From an uncultured Chloroflexia bacterium (lineage in GTDB: Bacteria; Chloroflexota; Limnocylindria; QHBO01): a stretch of 64,000 nt of DNA. A model generated the notes under the pieces. That model was given only the letters and a program-made list of their open reading frames with translations. It was not told the DNA's origin and ran no database searches. Position 1 is the stretch's first letter, and every line of letters starts with the position of its first letter. Of this stretch, positions 1 through 8,977 are shown piece by piece. The stretch is from assembly GCA_963782015.1 (NCBI GenBank), contig CAWAHY010000004.1, positions 468,166-532,165 on the forward strand. Direction: 5' to 3'. A program made the position numbers and the translations under genes.

Positions 1-1
1 A

Positions 2-130
2 CTGGTCGCGACCGACCGCCGCCGACGGGACGACCTGGACCTACGCCAAGGGCGGCGAGCCAGTGGTCCTGCCGCCCGGGGTGGTCTGGTGGGAGATCGT
101 ACCGATCACGGCCCCCGTCGAGGAGTCCTG
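2..130 (+). CDS. 3' end of an unidentified protein (partial, runs off the window start)
   Basis: Open frame from the window edge to TGA at 128-130. The translation (...DGTTWTYAKGGEPVVLPPGVVWWEIVPITAPVEES*) is not low-complexity, unlike the antisense frames. No family recognised. Confidence 0.3.
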
Positions 131-134
131 AGCG

Positions 135-1604
135 CTACTCGATCTCGCCGGGTCGTGCGGACGGACTCGACAGGAACGCGTCCATCGCGCGCCGAATCTG
201 GTGGTCGGGGTCCATGTTGCGACGCGCCGCGGCGATCTGGCGCCGCACGTCGGCCGGATCGGGCTCGTCGTCGCCGTGCGGCTCCCGGGCGGCACCGTTG
301 GTCGCGGGCCGCTCCGCGGCGATCGCCGCCGCCGGGGACGGTTCGGGTGACGGAGCGGCGGGTGCCGGGGCCGGCGCGCCGGCCTCCTCGGGGCCCGGCA
401 GCAGGCGTCTCGGTCCGGTGCGGCGCGGGCGGGGGTTGCCGCTGATCTGGTTCTTGCCGAGCGACTTGGCCTGGTACATGGCGCGGTCGGCGGCAATCAT
501 CAGCTCCTCGGTCGACCAGCCGTCCTCGGGGTGTGAGACGAGCCCGATGCTGACGCTGGTCGTGGCCTCGTCGCCGGCGAGCGAGGTGCCGATCTGCTCG
601 ACCCCCTCGCGGATCTTCTCGGCCACAACGTAGGCGCCCACGAACTCGGTCTCGGGCAGGAGGATGAGGAACTCGTCGCCACCGTAGCGATAGGCGGCAT
701 CGACGCCGCGGATCGACCCGGTGACGACCCTGCCCACGGCTCGCAGCACCTCGTCGCCGCGAAGATGGCCCATCGAGTCGTTGACCGCCTTGAGCCCGTC
801 GAGGTCGATCATCAGCACGCAGAAGCCGCGGCCGCTGCGCCGCGTGCGCTGGACCTCCTGCTCCAGCCGCGGGAAGAGCTGTCCGCGGTTGTAGAGCCCC
901 GTCAGCGCGTCCGATTGGGAGAGCTCCAGGACCTGCGCCCGCTCCCGCCGCTCAGCGCTGGCGTAGACGCCCGCCAGGTAGGCGAGCAGCCAGAGCGAGC
1001 CGAGGTTGATGCCGACCTGCAGCAGCTCCTGGGTCGACGCGCCCGCGCCGGCCAACGCCAACTGACCGAGGTAGGCGAGGGATGCGACCGCCGCCACGAC
1101 GATGGCCAGGCGACTGGCCAGGGTCAGCGCCGCCGCCACCGCGACGAGGTGGTAGGTGAAGACGAACGGGGAGCTGGCGCCGCCGGTCAGCCACACCAGG
1201 CCGCTCGCCAAGGCGATCGCGGCGAGCACTTCGAAGCCAACCGCCGAGCGACCCCGCCAGCGTCGCGGGAGCAGATCGTGCAGGAGGACCACCAGGCCGG
1301 CCGCCGCGCCACCCAGCGCGTAGATCGCGGCACGGTTGGAAGGGAAGGCATCGGTCAGGCCGACGCCCACCAGGACGCCGGCGATGGCGACCCACCAGAC
1401 CACCCGCACGACTCCGGAGTGGGACGGCGCAGCGGACGGCGATGCCGGCTCGGCACCGATCCCCTCGACGGAGGTCGCCAGAACGGCGGAGGGATCCGCG
1501 GGCCCGCGGTCACGTACGACGGCTACCAACGCCCCGACAGCCACGATCGCGGCGACACCGCCGGCGACGAGGATAAAGGTCAGTTCGGGTGTCACAGTCC
1601 TCAC
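135..1604 (-). CDS. membrane-anchored diguanylate cyclase (GGDEF domain)
   Basis: 489-aa ORF. N-terminal half is hydrophobic (multiple TM helices). C-terminal half has a GGDEF domain with the RYGGDEFLILLPETE motif and the LTGLYNRGQL region. Confidence 0.8.
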   Translation of the reverse strand: MRTVTPELTFILVAGGVAAIVAVGALVAVVRDRGPADPSAVLATSVEGIGAEPASPSAAPSHSGVVRVVWWVAIAGVLVGVGLTDAFPSNRAAIYALGGAAAGLVVLLHDLLPRRWRGRSAVGFEVLAAIALASGLVWLTGGASSPFVFTYHLVAVAAALTLASRLAIVVAAVASLAYLGQLALAGAGASTQELLQVGINLGSLWLLAYLAGVYASAERRERAQVLELSQSDALTGLYNRGQLFPRLEQEVQRTRRSGRGFCVLMIDLDGLKAVNDSMGHLRGDEVLRAVGRVVTGSIRGVDAAYRYGGDEFLILLPETEFVGAYVVAEKIREGVEQIGTSLAGDEATTSVSIGLVSHPEDGWSTEELMIAADRAMYQAKSLGKNQISGNPRPRRTGPRRLLPGPEEAGAPAPAPAAPSPEPSPAAAIAAERPATNGAAREPHGDDEPDPADVRRQIAAARRNMDPDHQIRRAMDAFLSSPSARPGEIE

Positions 1605-1767
1605 TCAGGCGCTTCGCTTGCCATCGGATTGCGCCTGCATGCGCCTGCTGATTCGCCTCGCGGCTAGTCTAGGGTTTGGGCGAAGGTCCGCGCAAAGGTA
1701 CTAACCCCACCGCAACCAGCTTGCGTGGCGCCGGCGCACCACCTGATCCCAAGGTCCCAGGGCCTTC

Positions 1768-3255
1768 TTGCTACCATGTCGCTCCGCCCCCGCCGCACGA
1801 GATCGTTTCGAGGTGCCCACGACGGATCCGCCGCGACCACGGCACGCCGGCCTGGCAGCCCTGCTCTCATTCGTATTCCCCGGCCTGGGACAGGCATATC
1901 TCGGCGCTCTGGGGGCGGCGGTCCTCTTCGCGGCGCCGGTCCTCCTGCTGCTGGCGATCACCGTTGCGCTCGCGCTGGGCTGGATCAGCGGCGTTGGCAA
2001 CGAGGTCCTGTCGGCCTCGTTCCTGGGCGCTGCGCTGGCGGTCAACCTCGCCCTGCTGGCGTGGCGGCTCGCCGCGATCGCGGGGGCCGGCCTCGCAGCC
2101 CGGCCATCGGTCACGGGCCGTGACACGGCGCAACGCTGGGTCTCGATCGGGCTGATCGTCGTGTTGCTGGCCACCACGGTCGGGATGCACGCCTGGGCGG
2201 GGGCGCTGATCGGCCGCCTGGACGCAACCCTCCACAACGTCTTCGGTGGTGAGCTCCCGGACGCGTCGGGCGGGCCAGGCGGCGGGCCCGTGAACCAGCC
2301 AGCGTTCCGCTGGGATGGCACCGAGCGGGTCAACTTCCTCCTGCTCGGCATCGACTCCGGGGTGGGACGCGACGAGGCGCTGACCGACACGATCCTGGTC
2401 GTGAGCGTGGACCCGGTGGCGGGGACGGCGGTGATGGTCTCGGTGCCGCGCGACACGGGGTTCGTGCCGCTCCCGGATCGGTCCGTCTACCCCGACGGGG
2501 TCTACCCGCGCAAGATCAACGAGCTGTCGACCGAGGCCGGGCAGAACGCATCGGCCTGGTGCCCCGACCTGCCGGTGTCCAACTCGACCTGCGGATTGCG
2601 GACGCTCGAGCGGGCGATCGGCCTGTACCTCGGCATCCCGATCCAGTACTACGCGACGGTCGACCTGCAGGGGTTCGTCGACCTGATCGACGCGATCGGA
2701 GGGGTGCGGCTCTGCCTGGACGGCAGGATGGTCGATCCTGAGTACGGGGGCCCGACCTGGCCGGGAGTCGGCATCGTGCTGCCGGCCGGCTGCAGTTCCT
2801 ATGACGGTATTCATGCGCTCGCGTACGCGCGGATTCGCAAGGGCTGGATCGAGCTCGCCGACGGCACCCGCGAGGACCAGAACGACTTCAAGCGCGCCGA
2901 GCGGCAGCAGAAGGTGCTCCTCGAGCTTCGCCGGGAGACCGCCCATGCAGACCTGATCTTCGAGCTGCCGCGGATCCTGGCTGCGGTCGGCGCCACGGTC
3001 CACACCGACTTCCCCCGCGCGCTGGCGGGCGACCTGGCCAGCCTCCTGCCCCTGGTGACCGGCCCCGAGATCGATCGTGTCGTGCTTGCCTACCCGCAGT
3101 ACGTGGATCTCCCGACGAACCCGCTCGTCAACTACCTCCTCATCCCGCGTCGGGACGACCTGCGGGCCGAGATGGAGCGCCTCTTCGGCCCGGACCTCGA
3201 CGGGTGGTACCTTGGCGGCCAGGCGGATGGCCCGCCGATCGAGGCTCCCGCATAG
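1768..3255 (+). CDS. LCP family (LytR-CpsA-Psr) cell-wall glycopolymer ligase
   Basis: 495 aa. N-terminal TM segments are followed by an LCP core (VNFLLLGIDSGVGRDEALTDTILVVSVDP ... VSVPRDT ... INE). Stop TAG at 3253-3255, two nt before the next gene's ATG. Confidence 0.8.
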   Translation: MLPCRSAPAARDRFEVPTTDPPRPRHAGLAALLSFVFPGLGQAYLGALGAAVLFAAPVLLLLAITVALALGWISGVGNEVLSASFLGAALAVNLALLAWRLAAIAGAGLAARPSVTGRDTAQRWVSIGLIVVLLATTVGMHAWAGALIGRLDATLHNVFGGELPDASGGPGGGPVNQPAFRWDGTERVNFLLLGIDSGVGRDEALTDTILVVSVDPVAGTAVMVSVPRDTGFVPLPDRSVYPDGVYPRKINELSTEAGQNASAWCPDLPVSNSTCGLRTLERAIGLYLGIPIQYYATVDLQGFVDLIDAIGGVRLCLDGRMVDPEYGGPTWPGVGIVLPAGCSSYDGIHALAYARIRKGWIELADGTREDQNDFKRAERQQKVLLELRRETAHADLIFELPRILAAVGATVHTDFPRALAGDLASLLPLVTGPEIDRVVLAYPQYVDLPTNPLVNYLLIPRRDDLRAEMERLFGPDLDGWYLGGQADGPPIEAPA

Positions 3256-3257
3256 AG

Positions 3258-4352
3258 ATGGGCACGCAGGGTCACGGCGAGCGGTCGGGCGCTGGGCGCA
3301 GCCCTCGGGTCCTGCTGCTGGCGATGTACCGGCTCGACCATGCGACCACCGGACCGACCGTCCGCATCGGGCAGATGCGGGACGCGCTCGCCCGACGCGT
3401 CGAGCTCGACCTGCTCTCCGGTGCCCGGGTTGGACGGGCCGGAGCCATCCTCCGCTACCTCGCGGCGGGGCGGCTGCGCGGCGTGGCGGGGATCTACGTC
3501 GAGAGCTCCACCAGCCTGCCAGGGCCCGCCGACCTGCTCCTGCTGGCGATGGCCCGCCGGCGACGCATCCCGGTGCTGACCTTCATCCGCGATGCCTATC
3601 AGCTCTTCCCGGAGTATTACCAGGTCACCTCGGCGCGGCGTCGCGCCTCGCGGGCCGCATTCCTCCCGATGGCTCGCCGGCTCGCTCGCCTCTCCTCCGT
3701 CGTCGCCTTCCCGTCCCGGGGCCTGGCGCGCGTCGTCCTGGGCGACAACGGCGGCGCGGAGGCGGCCGCGCTGCTGCCCCCCGGAGCGCATCTCGCCGAC
3801 GTGCCGGCGCTCGACCCGGCCGCCCGAGCGATCCTGTACGTGGGGAGCCTGGCGCACGCGGTGAGCGGCGGTGAACTGCTGGTCCACGCGATCGCCCTCG
3901 CCAGGGAGCGTGACCACGACCTGACGCTGATCTGCGTCGTGCCGCGCGGCCAGGAGCCTCCGCACGCCCCCGGTTCCGGGATCGAGGTGGTTCACGCGAG
4001 CGGCGCAGAGATCGAGCGCCTCGTGCCGCGGGTGCTCGCCACGGTCATCCCGCGGCGACGGTCGCCCTACAACGACCTGGCGGTCCCGATCAAGCTCTTC
4101 GAGTACCTCGGCTACCAACGCCCGATGATCGTGACCGATGCGGTCGAAACCGCCGCCGTGGTCGATGCGGCTCGCTGCGGAATCGTGGTCCACGACACGG
4201 CCGAGGGACTGGCCAACGGGATGCTCGCCATGGCGGGGGCGCCGCCGGATCAGCTGGCCGCGTGGGGCGAGGCCGCCGGGAGCGCTGCCGCGGCAAACTC
4301 CTGGGACGAGCGGGCGGCGCGCGTCCTGGAGCTGCTGGGCGTCGAGGAATGA
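3258..4352 (+). CDS. glycosyltransferase, GT-B fold (GT1/GT4-like)
   Basis: C-terminal GT1-like motifs (ILYVGSLAHAVSGGELL ... PIKLFEYLGYQRPMIVTD). Start ATG at 3258 was chosen because it sits just after the LCP stop. Stop TGA at 4350-4352 overlaps the next ATG. Confidence 0.7.
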   Translation: MGTQGHGERSGAGRSPRVLLLAMYRLDHATTGPTVRIGQMRDALARRVELDLLSGARVGRAGAILRYLAAGRLRGVAGIYVESSTSLPGPADLLLLAMARRRRIPVLTFIRDAYQLFPEYYQVTSARRRASRAAFLPMARRLARLSSVVAFPSRGLARVVLGDNGGAEAAALLPPGAHLADVPALDPAARAILYVGSLAHAVSGGELLVHAIALARERDHDLTLICVVPRGQEPPHAPGSGIEVVHASGAEIERLVPRVLATVIPRRRSPYNDLAVPIKLFEYLGYQRPMIVTDAVETAAVVDAARCGIVVHDTAEGLANGMLAMAGAPPDQLAAWGEAAGSAAAANSWDERAARVLELLGVEE

Positions 4353-5856
4353 CCTCCACGCCAACCGAAACGACCCGTCCCGAGCTGGCCGCGGCCTGGA
4401 CGGTCGCGGCTGCGATCGTCATCGCGGCGGTGGGTGCCATCGTCGTCTCGCGCGTCTCCCTCCAGCTCTTCGTCGTCGCCGAGGGGCTGCTCGTGGCGCT
4501 CATCGCGCTGGCCGGCCTGCGGTGGCCACGGGCCGTGCTGGTGGGCGTGGTGCTCAGCCCGATCGTCGACCGGTACGTCCTCGCCGGGCTCATCGCCCCC
4601 GACGCCGAGGCGCTCGCACACTTCTTCTCGGAGGCGCTCCTGTCCGCGGTCGGCGCGACGCTGCTGGTGCAGGCGGCGCGGCGCGGGACCCTGCGCGCGG
4701 CGTTCAACCATCGCTCCATCCTCCTGGCCGTGGCCTTCGTGGCGATCGCCGCCCTCTCAGCGCTGATCAACCACGTGCCGCTCACCCAGGCGGTGGCCGG
4801 GATCGGCTTCACCGTCGACGCCCTGGCCCTCTTCGTCCTCGCTCGCGTCGTTGGTTTCGGGCCGCGCCAGGCGCTGGTCGCCATCGGCGCCGTGATCGTG
4901 CGTGGTCCTCGCCGCCGCGGTGGTCGCCCTGGGGCAGGCCATCCTGTCTCCCCACCTGTTCGGGCTCTCCGCGCTGCCGGGCCGGTTCGGGGAGCTGTAC
5001 CGGCTCGCCGCCTTCTTCGGTGACCCGAACACGTTCGCTGCCTTCCTCTCGGCCACGATCCCGTTCGCCCTGTTTGGCGCCACCGGGCTGCGCACGGTGC
5101 GCGGCCGGCGCGTGGCATTGGCCGCCGGCTTCCTGCTGGTGCTCGCGCTGTGGCTCTCCTTCTCCCGCGGCGGGTGGCTCGGCGCCGTGGGCGGCTTCGT
5201 GATCGCGTCGCTGATCCTCGATCGGCGGGCGCTCCGCGTCGGCCTGCTGGTCATGGCGATCGGGCTGGTGGTGGCCGTGGCAATGCCACGCAACCTGGCG
5301 TGTCCCACCTGCGCGGATGAGCTCGACCTCTTCGAATCAACCTTCGGCCGATTCGACACCATCGGCCAGGGGAACGACCTGCGGACCCTCTTCATTCGCA
5401 ATGCGCTGCCGATCGTCGGCGACCATCCGGTGCTCGGCGTCGGGCCGGGCAGGTACGGGGGCGCGGCCGCCGACATCTTCGGCACGCCCATCTATGCCCA
5501 GTACGGTACCGACCGGCTCTTCACCAACCCCGCGCAGCGCACGGTCGACGACTTCTGGCTGCACCTCTGGGTGGAGAGCGGCGTGCTCGGCCTGCTCCTC
5601 TTCGCCGGCGTGGTCGGCGCGGCCCTGCGTCCAGTGTTCCGCGCCGCGCGCACCGCCGCCTTTGGCCGCCGCGTGGCGCTTGGCCGGATTGAGCGCGGCC
5701 GTCATCGGGCTGACCATCAACGGGCTGACGACCATGCTGCTCGAGGCCAACAGCGCCGCCTACCTGTACTGGTTCCTGCTCGGCGTCGGATCGCAGCTGG
5801 CCATGTCGCCCCTCGGCCAGGCCGACGCCGGCGCCCTCGCGCCGGCATCCCGCTAG
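4349..5856 (+). CDS. O-antigen ligase / Wzy_C-like polytopic membrane protein, reading frame interrupted twice
   Basis: Three consecutive ORF fragments in three frames (4262-5023, 4902-~5690, 5317-5856) together give one polytopic protein with Wzy_C/WaaL-like motifs (WLSFSRGGWLGAVGGFVIA ... NALPIVGDHPVLGVGPGRYGG ... WLHLWVESGVLGLLLFAGVVGAAL ... AAYLYWFLLG). Frame switches fall near 4895 and near 5690. Confidence 0.65.
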
Positions 5857-6551
5857 AACTGGCGGCCGGTGACGATCTGCCAGAGCGTGCGCAGGATGAG
5901 GCGCAGGTCGACCCAGAAGCCGCGGCGGTCGATGTAGGCGATATCCAGCGCGACGCCCTCGTCGAAGCTGAGACGGCCCCAGCCGGTCGCCTGCCACAGG
6001 CCGGTCAGGCCGGGGATCACCGCCAGGCGACGCAGGTGCCATGGCTGGTAGACCTCCACCTCGTAGGGGATCGGCGGGCGCGGACCCACCAGGCTCATCT
6101 CCCCCCGCACGATGTTGATGAGCTGCGGGAACTCGTCGAGGTGCGACCGGCGCAGGAAGGCACCCAACCGCGTTACCCGCGGGTCGGCCGGGATGGGGAG
6201 CCAGACGCCGTCCTCACGCGGCGCGTCCTTCGCGCCCGGGCGGATCAGCTCCCGCACGTGGTCACGGTGCTGGCCCTGCTCCGCGCTGCTGAACATCGTC
6301 CGGAACTTGTAGACGATGAACGGGCGACCGCCGATCCCGAGCCGCTCCTGTCGGAAGAAGACCGGCCCGCGGGACTCGAGCTTCACGGCCCCCGCCACGA
6401 TGACCAGGATGGGCGACACCAGGATCAGGCCGATGAGCGATGCCACGAGGTCGAGGACGCGCTTCGAGAGCCGGTAGCCGATCGGGGTCGGCGCCACCGG
6501 GACGATCGGCGACGAGGCTCGCCCGATCCGGACGCCGGGCTCGGTGGTCAT
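5853..6551 (-). CDS. bacterial sugar transferase (polyprenyl-phosphate glycosyl-1-phosphate transferase, WbaP/PglC-like small type)
   Basis: [54 protein letters not shown] ... [21 protein letters not shown]. Start was moved to the internal ATG at 6551 so the CDS does not run through the adjacent tRNA. Its stop shares the CTAG palindrome with the converging gene. Confidence 0.8.
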   Translation of the reverse strand: MTTEPGVRIGRASSPIVPVAPTPIGYRLSKRVLDLVASLIGLILVSPILVIVAGAVKLESRGPVFFRQERLGIGGRPFIVYKFRTMFSSAEQGQHRDHVRELIRPGAKDAPREDGVWLPIPADPRVTRLGAFLRRSHLDEFPQLINIVRGEMSLVGPRPPIPYEVEVYQPWHLRRLAVIPGLTGLWQATGWGRLSFDEGVALDIAYIDRRGFWVDLRLILRTLWQIVTGRQF

Positions 6552-6579
6552 CGGCCGGGTCGACTCCTCGGTGAATGAA

Positions 6580-6656
6580 TGGTCGGGGCGGCCCGATTCG
6601 AACGGGCGACCTCCTGCTCCCAAAGCAGGTGCGCTACCGGGCTGCGCTACGCCCCG
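6580..6656 (-). tRNA. tRNA-Pro (anticodon TGG)
   Basis: Reverse complement reads CGGGGCG-TA-GCGC-AGCCCGGTA-GCGC-A-CCTGC-TTTGGGA-GCAGG-AGGTC-GCCCG-TTCGAAT-CGGGC-CGCCCCG-A-CCA. Cloverleaf is complete: 7-bp acceptor stem, GTTCGAAT T-loop, anticodon TGG in a 7-nt loop, encoded CCA. Confidence 0.85.
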
Positions 6657-6668
6657 ACGGACGAGATG

Positions 6669-7841
6669 CTAGCGCGCCGCGAGCCGTTCGACGATCGCAA
6701 GGTAGCGACGGGCCTGTTCCGCCCACTCGTAGCGAGCCACCTGGCGGTGCGCCTCCGCGCCGAGGCGCGCCGTTGCGACCGGGTCCGCGGCGAGCGATCG
6801 GAAGGCGGCGGCCAGCGCCGCGGGGTCACCTCCGGGAACGAAGCGGATCGCTTCGTCGGTGAAGTGCGCCCGGAACGTGGCCAGGTCGCTGGCCACGATG
6901 GGAATCCCCATCGCCGCGTACTCCAGGAGCTTTGTGGAGAGCGAGTACTGCATGTACGGCTCGGGCAGGGAGGGCACCACCCCGACGTCGGCCTGGGCGA
7001 TCAGCGCCGGCAGGTCATCGAGCGGCACCGGCCCGTTCAGCCGTACGCGGTCGGCGGAGCCGGTGCGCTCCACCACTACCTCGAGCTGCGGGCGGAAGGG
7101 CCCATCGCCGTAGATGTCGAGCCTGGCGCTGAGCGAGTCGCCCAGGCTGGCGACCGCCTCGATCAAGGTCTCGAGGCCGTAGATGCGCTGCAGGTTCGAG
7201 TGATGAATGAGGCGCAGCTCGCCGTCCTCCATGAACGGTCGGCGTGGATGGCGCGCGGGGTCGAAGAGCTCCGTGTCGGCGCTGTTCATCACCACGCTGA
7301 TCCGGTCGGGGTCCACGCCGCGCGCGATCGAGAGCTGGCGGAGCGGCTCGTGCACGGTGATCAGCTCGTCGGCGATCCCGGCCGACGCGCGGGCCGCGGC
7401 GGTGACGGCCGGCACCAGCGGCCGCAGGACGGGATGGGCAAAGCGGTCGCGGAAGAACTCGGGCATGTCCTCGTGCAGGTCCAGCAGCAGGGGTACCCCG
7501 CTCAGCTTCAACGGGGCGGCTGCGAACGCAAGGAAGTCGGGCAGGGTCGCCACCTGCACCAGCCGGTAGTGGCGACGGCGATGCTGACGGGCGAGCCGCA
7601 CCGCCGCGAGACCAGCGAAGGCCAGGTACTCGGCCATGTGCCCCGCAAAGCCGGCGAAGGCGCGGTGCACCGGCAGGCGCAGGGTGCGCAGGCTCCCCGC
7701 CACCTCCTCGCGCGCCTCGCCCGGCCGGCGCAGGCAGAAGAGATCGACCTCGTGCCCTGCCGCGACCAGGGCATCGATCTGGCGCCGCAGGCGCGGGTCG
7801 CCAGGGTAGGCGGCGTGCGCCACGATCGCGACCCGCGTCAC
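6669..7841 (-). CDS. glycosyltransferase family 4 (GT-B, group 1)
   Basis: GT4 C-terminal signature (LNGPVPLDDLPALIAQADVGVVPSLPEPYMQYSLSTKLLEYAAMGIPIVASD). Start assigned to GTG at 7841, which overlaps the mazG stop (GTGA). Confidence 0.75.
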   Translation of the reverse strand: MTRVAIVAHAAYPGDPRLRRQIDALVAAGHEVDLFCLRRPGEAREEVAGSLRTLRLPVHRAFAGFAGHMAEYLAFAGLAAVRLARQHRRRHYRLVQVATLPDFLAFAAAPLKLSGVPLLLDLHEDMPEFFRDRFAHPVLRPLVPAVTAAARASAGIADELITVHEPLRQLSIARGVDPDRISVVMNSADTELFDPARHPRRPFMEDGELRLIHHSNLQRIYGLETLIEAVASLGDSLSARLDIYGDGPFRPQLEVVVERTGSADRVRLNGPVPLDDLPALIAQADVGVVPSLPEPYMQYSLSTKLLEYAAMGIPIVASDLATFRAHFTDEAIRFVPGGDPAALAAAFRSLAADPVATARLGAEAHRQVARYEWAEQARRYLAIVERLAAR

Positions 7842-8977
7842 TGCGCCTTGACCTCGTTCCACAGCTCGTCCTTCGCGTCGGCCGACAGGGCGGCCAGGAC
7901 CAGGCCACGCGCGGCGGCGAGCGCCTCCACGCGCTCATAGCGGTCGATCCAGCGCCGGTTGGCGGTGCGCAGCGCCTCCTCGGGGTCGAGATTCATCCAG
8001 CGCGCCAGGTTGACGGCCGCGAAGAGGACGTCGCCGAGCTCGTGGAGACGGGCGTCCCGCCCCGCATCGCCCTCGACCGACTCCGCCGCGTGCAGCTCGT
8101 CGAGCTCCTCCGCCACCTTCTCCCAGACCCCCTCGATGGCGGGCCAGTCCCATCCGAGCGAGGAGGCACGCTCCTGGACCTCACGGCTGGCGGCCAGCGC
8201 CGGGAGGGCGCGCGCGACCCCGCCGAAGGCCGAGGAGGGTTCCCCCGCCTCGTGCCGCTCGGCGGCCTTGATCGCCTCCCAGTTGCGCAGCACCTCCTCG
8301 GCGCCGCTCACCTCGACGTCGCCAAAGACGTGCGGATGGCGACGCACGATCTTGGCCCCCAGTGTCCGGTACACGTCCGTCAGGTCGAAGGTGCCCTCCT
8401 CGGCGGCGAGCTGCGCGTGCAGGATGATCTGCAGGAAGAGGTCGCCCAGCTCCTCGGCCAGGTCGGCCGGCGAGCCGCGCTCGATCGCATCCACCGTCTC
8501 GTACGCCTCCTCGAGCACGAACGGTCGCAGGCTGGCGTGGGTCTGGCGCCGATCCCAGGGACACCCGTCGGTCGCGCGCAGGCGAGCGGAGATGGCCGCC
8601 ATGCCGTGCGGTGAGGCGAGGTTGTCGAGCGGCATGAGCGCGGGAACCAGCCAGTCGCCCGCGCCGATCTCGTCGTCGGACAGGGTCTCGATGGGGCGCG
8701 GCGCTCCGCCCGGCAGCGGCTGGAGCTGGTGCCCAGGCGGGTAGAGGGCCAGGAGCGCGGCCCGGACACCGGCACGCGCGTGGCGGCCGGGGAGCGCCGT
8801 CGGCGGTGGACCCGCGGGATTCGGCCCCGCGACGAGGAGGAGTGGCAGCGACGGGTCGAACGGGACCGATGCCAACCGGCCGCCCGCGACCAGCTGCACG
8901 CCGAGCGCGGGATCGAGGCCAGCCGCCGCGAGGAGCTCGTCGACGCTGGGCGACGCCGCCACGCCCCGCCCGCTCAT
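7838..8977 (-). CDS. mazG: nucleoside triphosphate pyrophosphohydrolase MazG (with an N-terminal extension)
   Basis: C-terminal ~260 aa is a tandem MazG/EE-motif domain (CPWDRRQTHASLRPFVLEEAYETVDAIE ... ELGDLFLQIILHAQ ... ELGDVLFAAVNLARWMN). Start assigned to ATG at 8977, overlapping the upstream stop (ATGA). The long R/P-rich N-terminal part of the 593-aa ORF is treated as non-coding. Confidence 0.75.
   Translation of the reverse strand: MSGRGVAASPSVDELLAAAGLDPALGVQLVAGGRLASVPFDPSLPLLLVAGPNPAGPPPTALPGRHARAGVRAALLALYPPGHQLQPLPGGAPRPIETLSDDEIGAGDWLVPALMPLDNLASPHGMAAISARLRATDGCPWDRRQTHASLRPFVLEEAYETVDAIERGSPADLAEELGDLFLQIILHAQLAAEEGTFDLTDVYRTLGAKIVRRHPHVFGDVEVSGAEEVLRNWEAIKAAERHEAGEPSSAFGGVARALPALAASREVQERASSLGWDWPAIEGVWEKVAEELDELHAAESVEGDAGRDARLHELGDVLFAAVNLARWMNLDPEEALRTANRRWIDRYERVEALAAARGLVLAALSADAKDELWNEVKAQ

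Noticed and set aside
765-1667. Long plus-strand ORF (300 aa) overlapping the GGDEF gene. The same situation applies to many others: 3132-4364(-), 4090-5118(-), 6579-7940(+), 7015-7938(-), 18858-20987(+), 22757-23845(+), 23881-26013(+), 30602-32503(+), 33449-34159(+), 34017-35558(+), 37515-39011(+), 39141-41015(-), 40991-43456(+), 51625-54012(+).
   Set aside because: These are antisense or out-of-frame ORFs typical of very high-GC DNA. Their translations are Arg/Pro/Gly/Ala-rich low-complexity strings with no family resemblance. Each overlaps a strongly supported gene on the other strand or frame.
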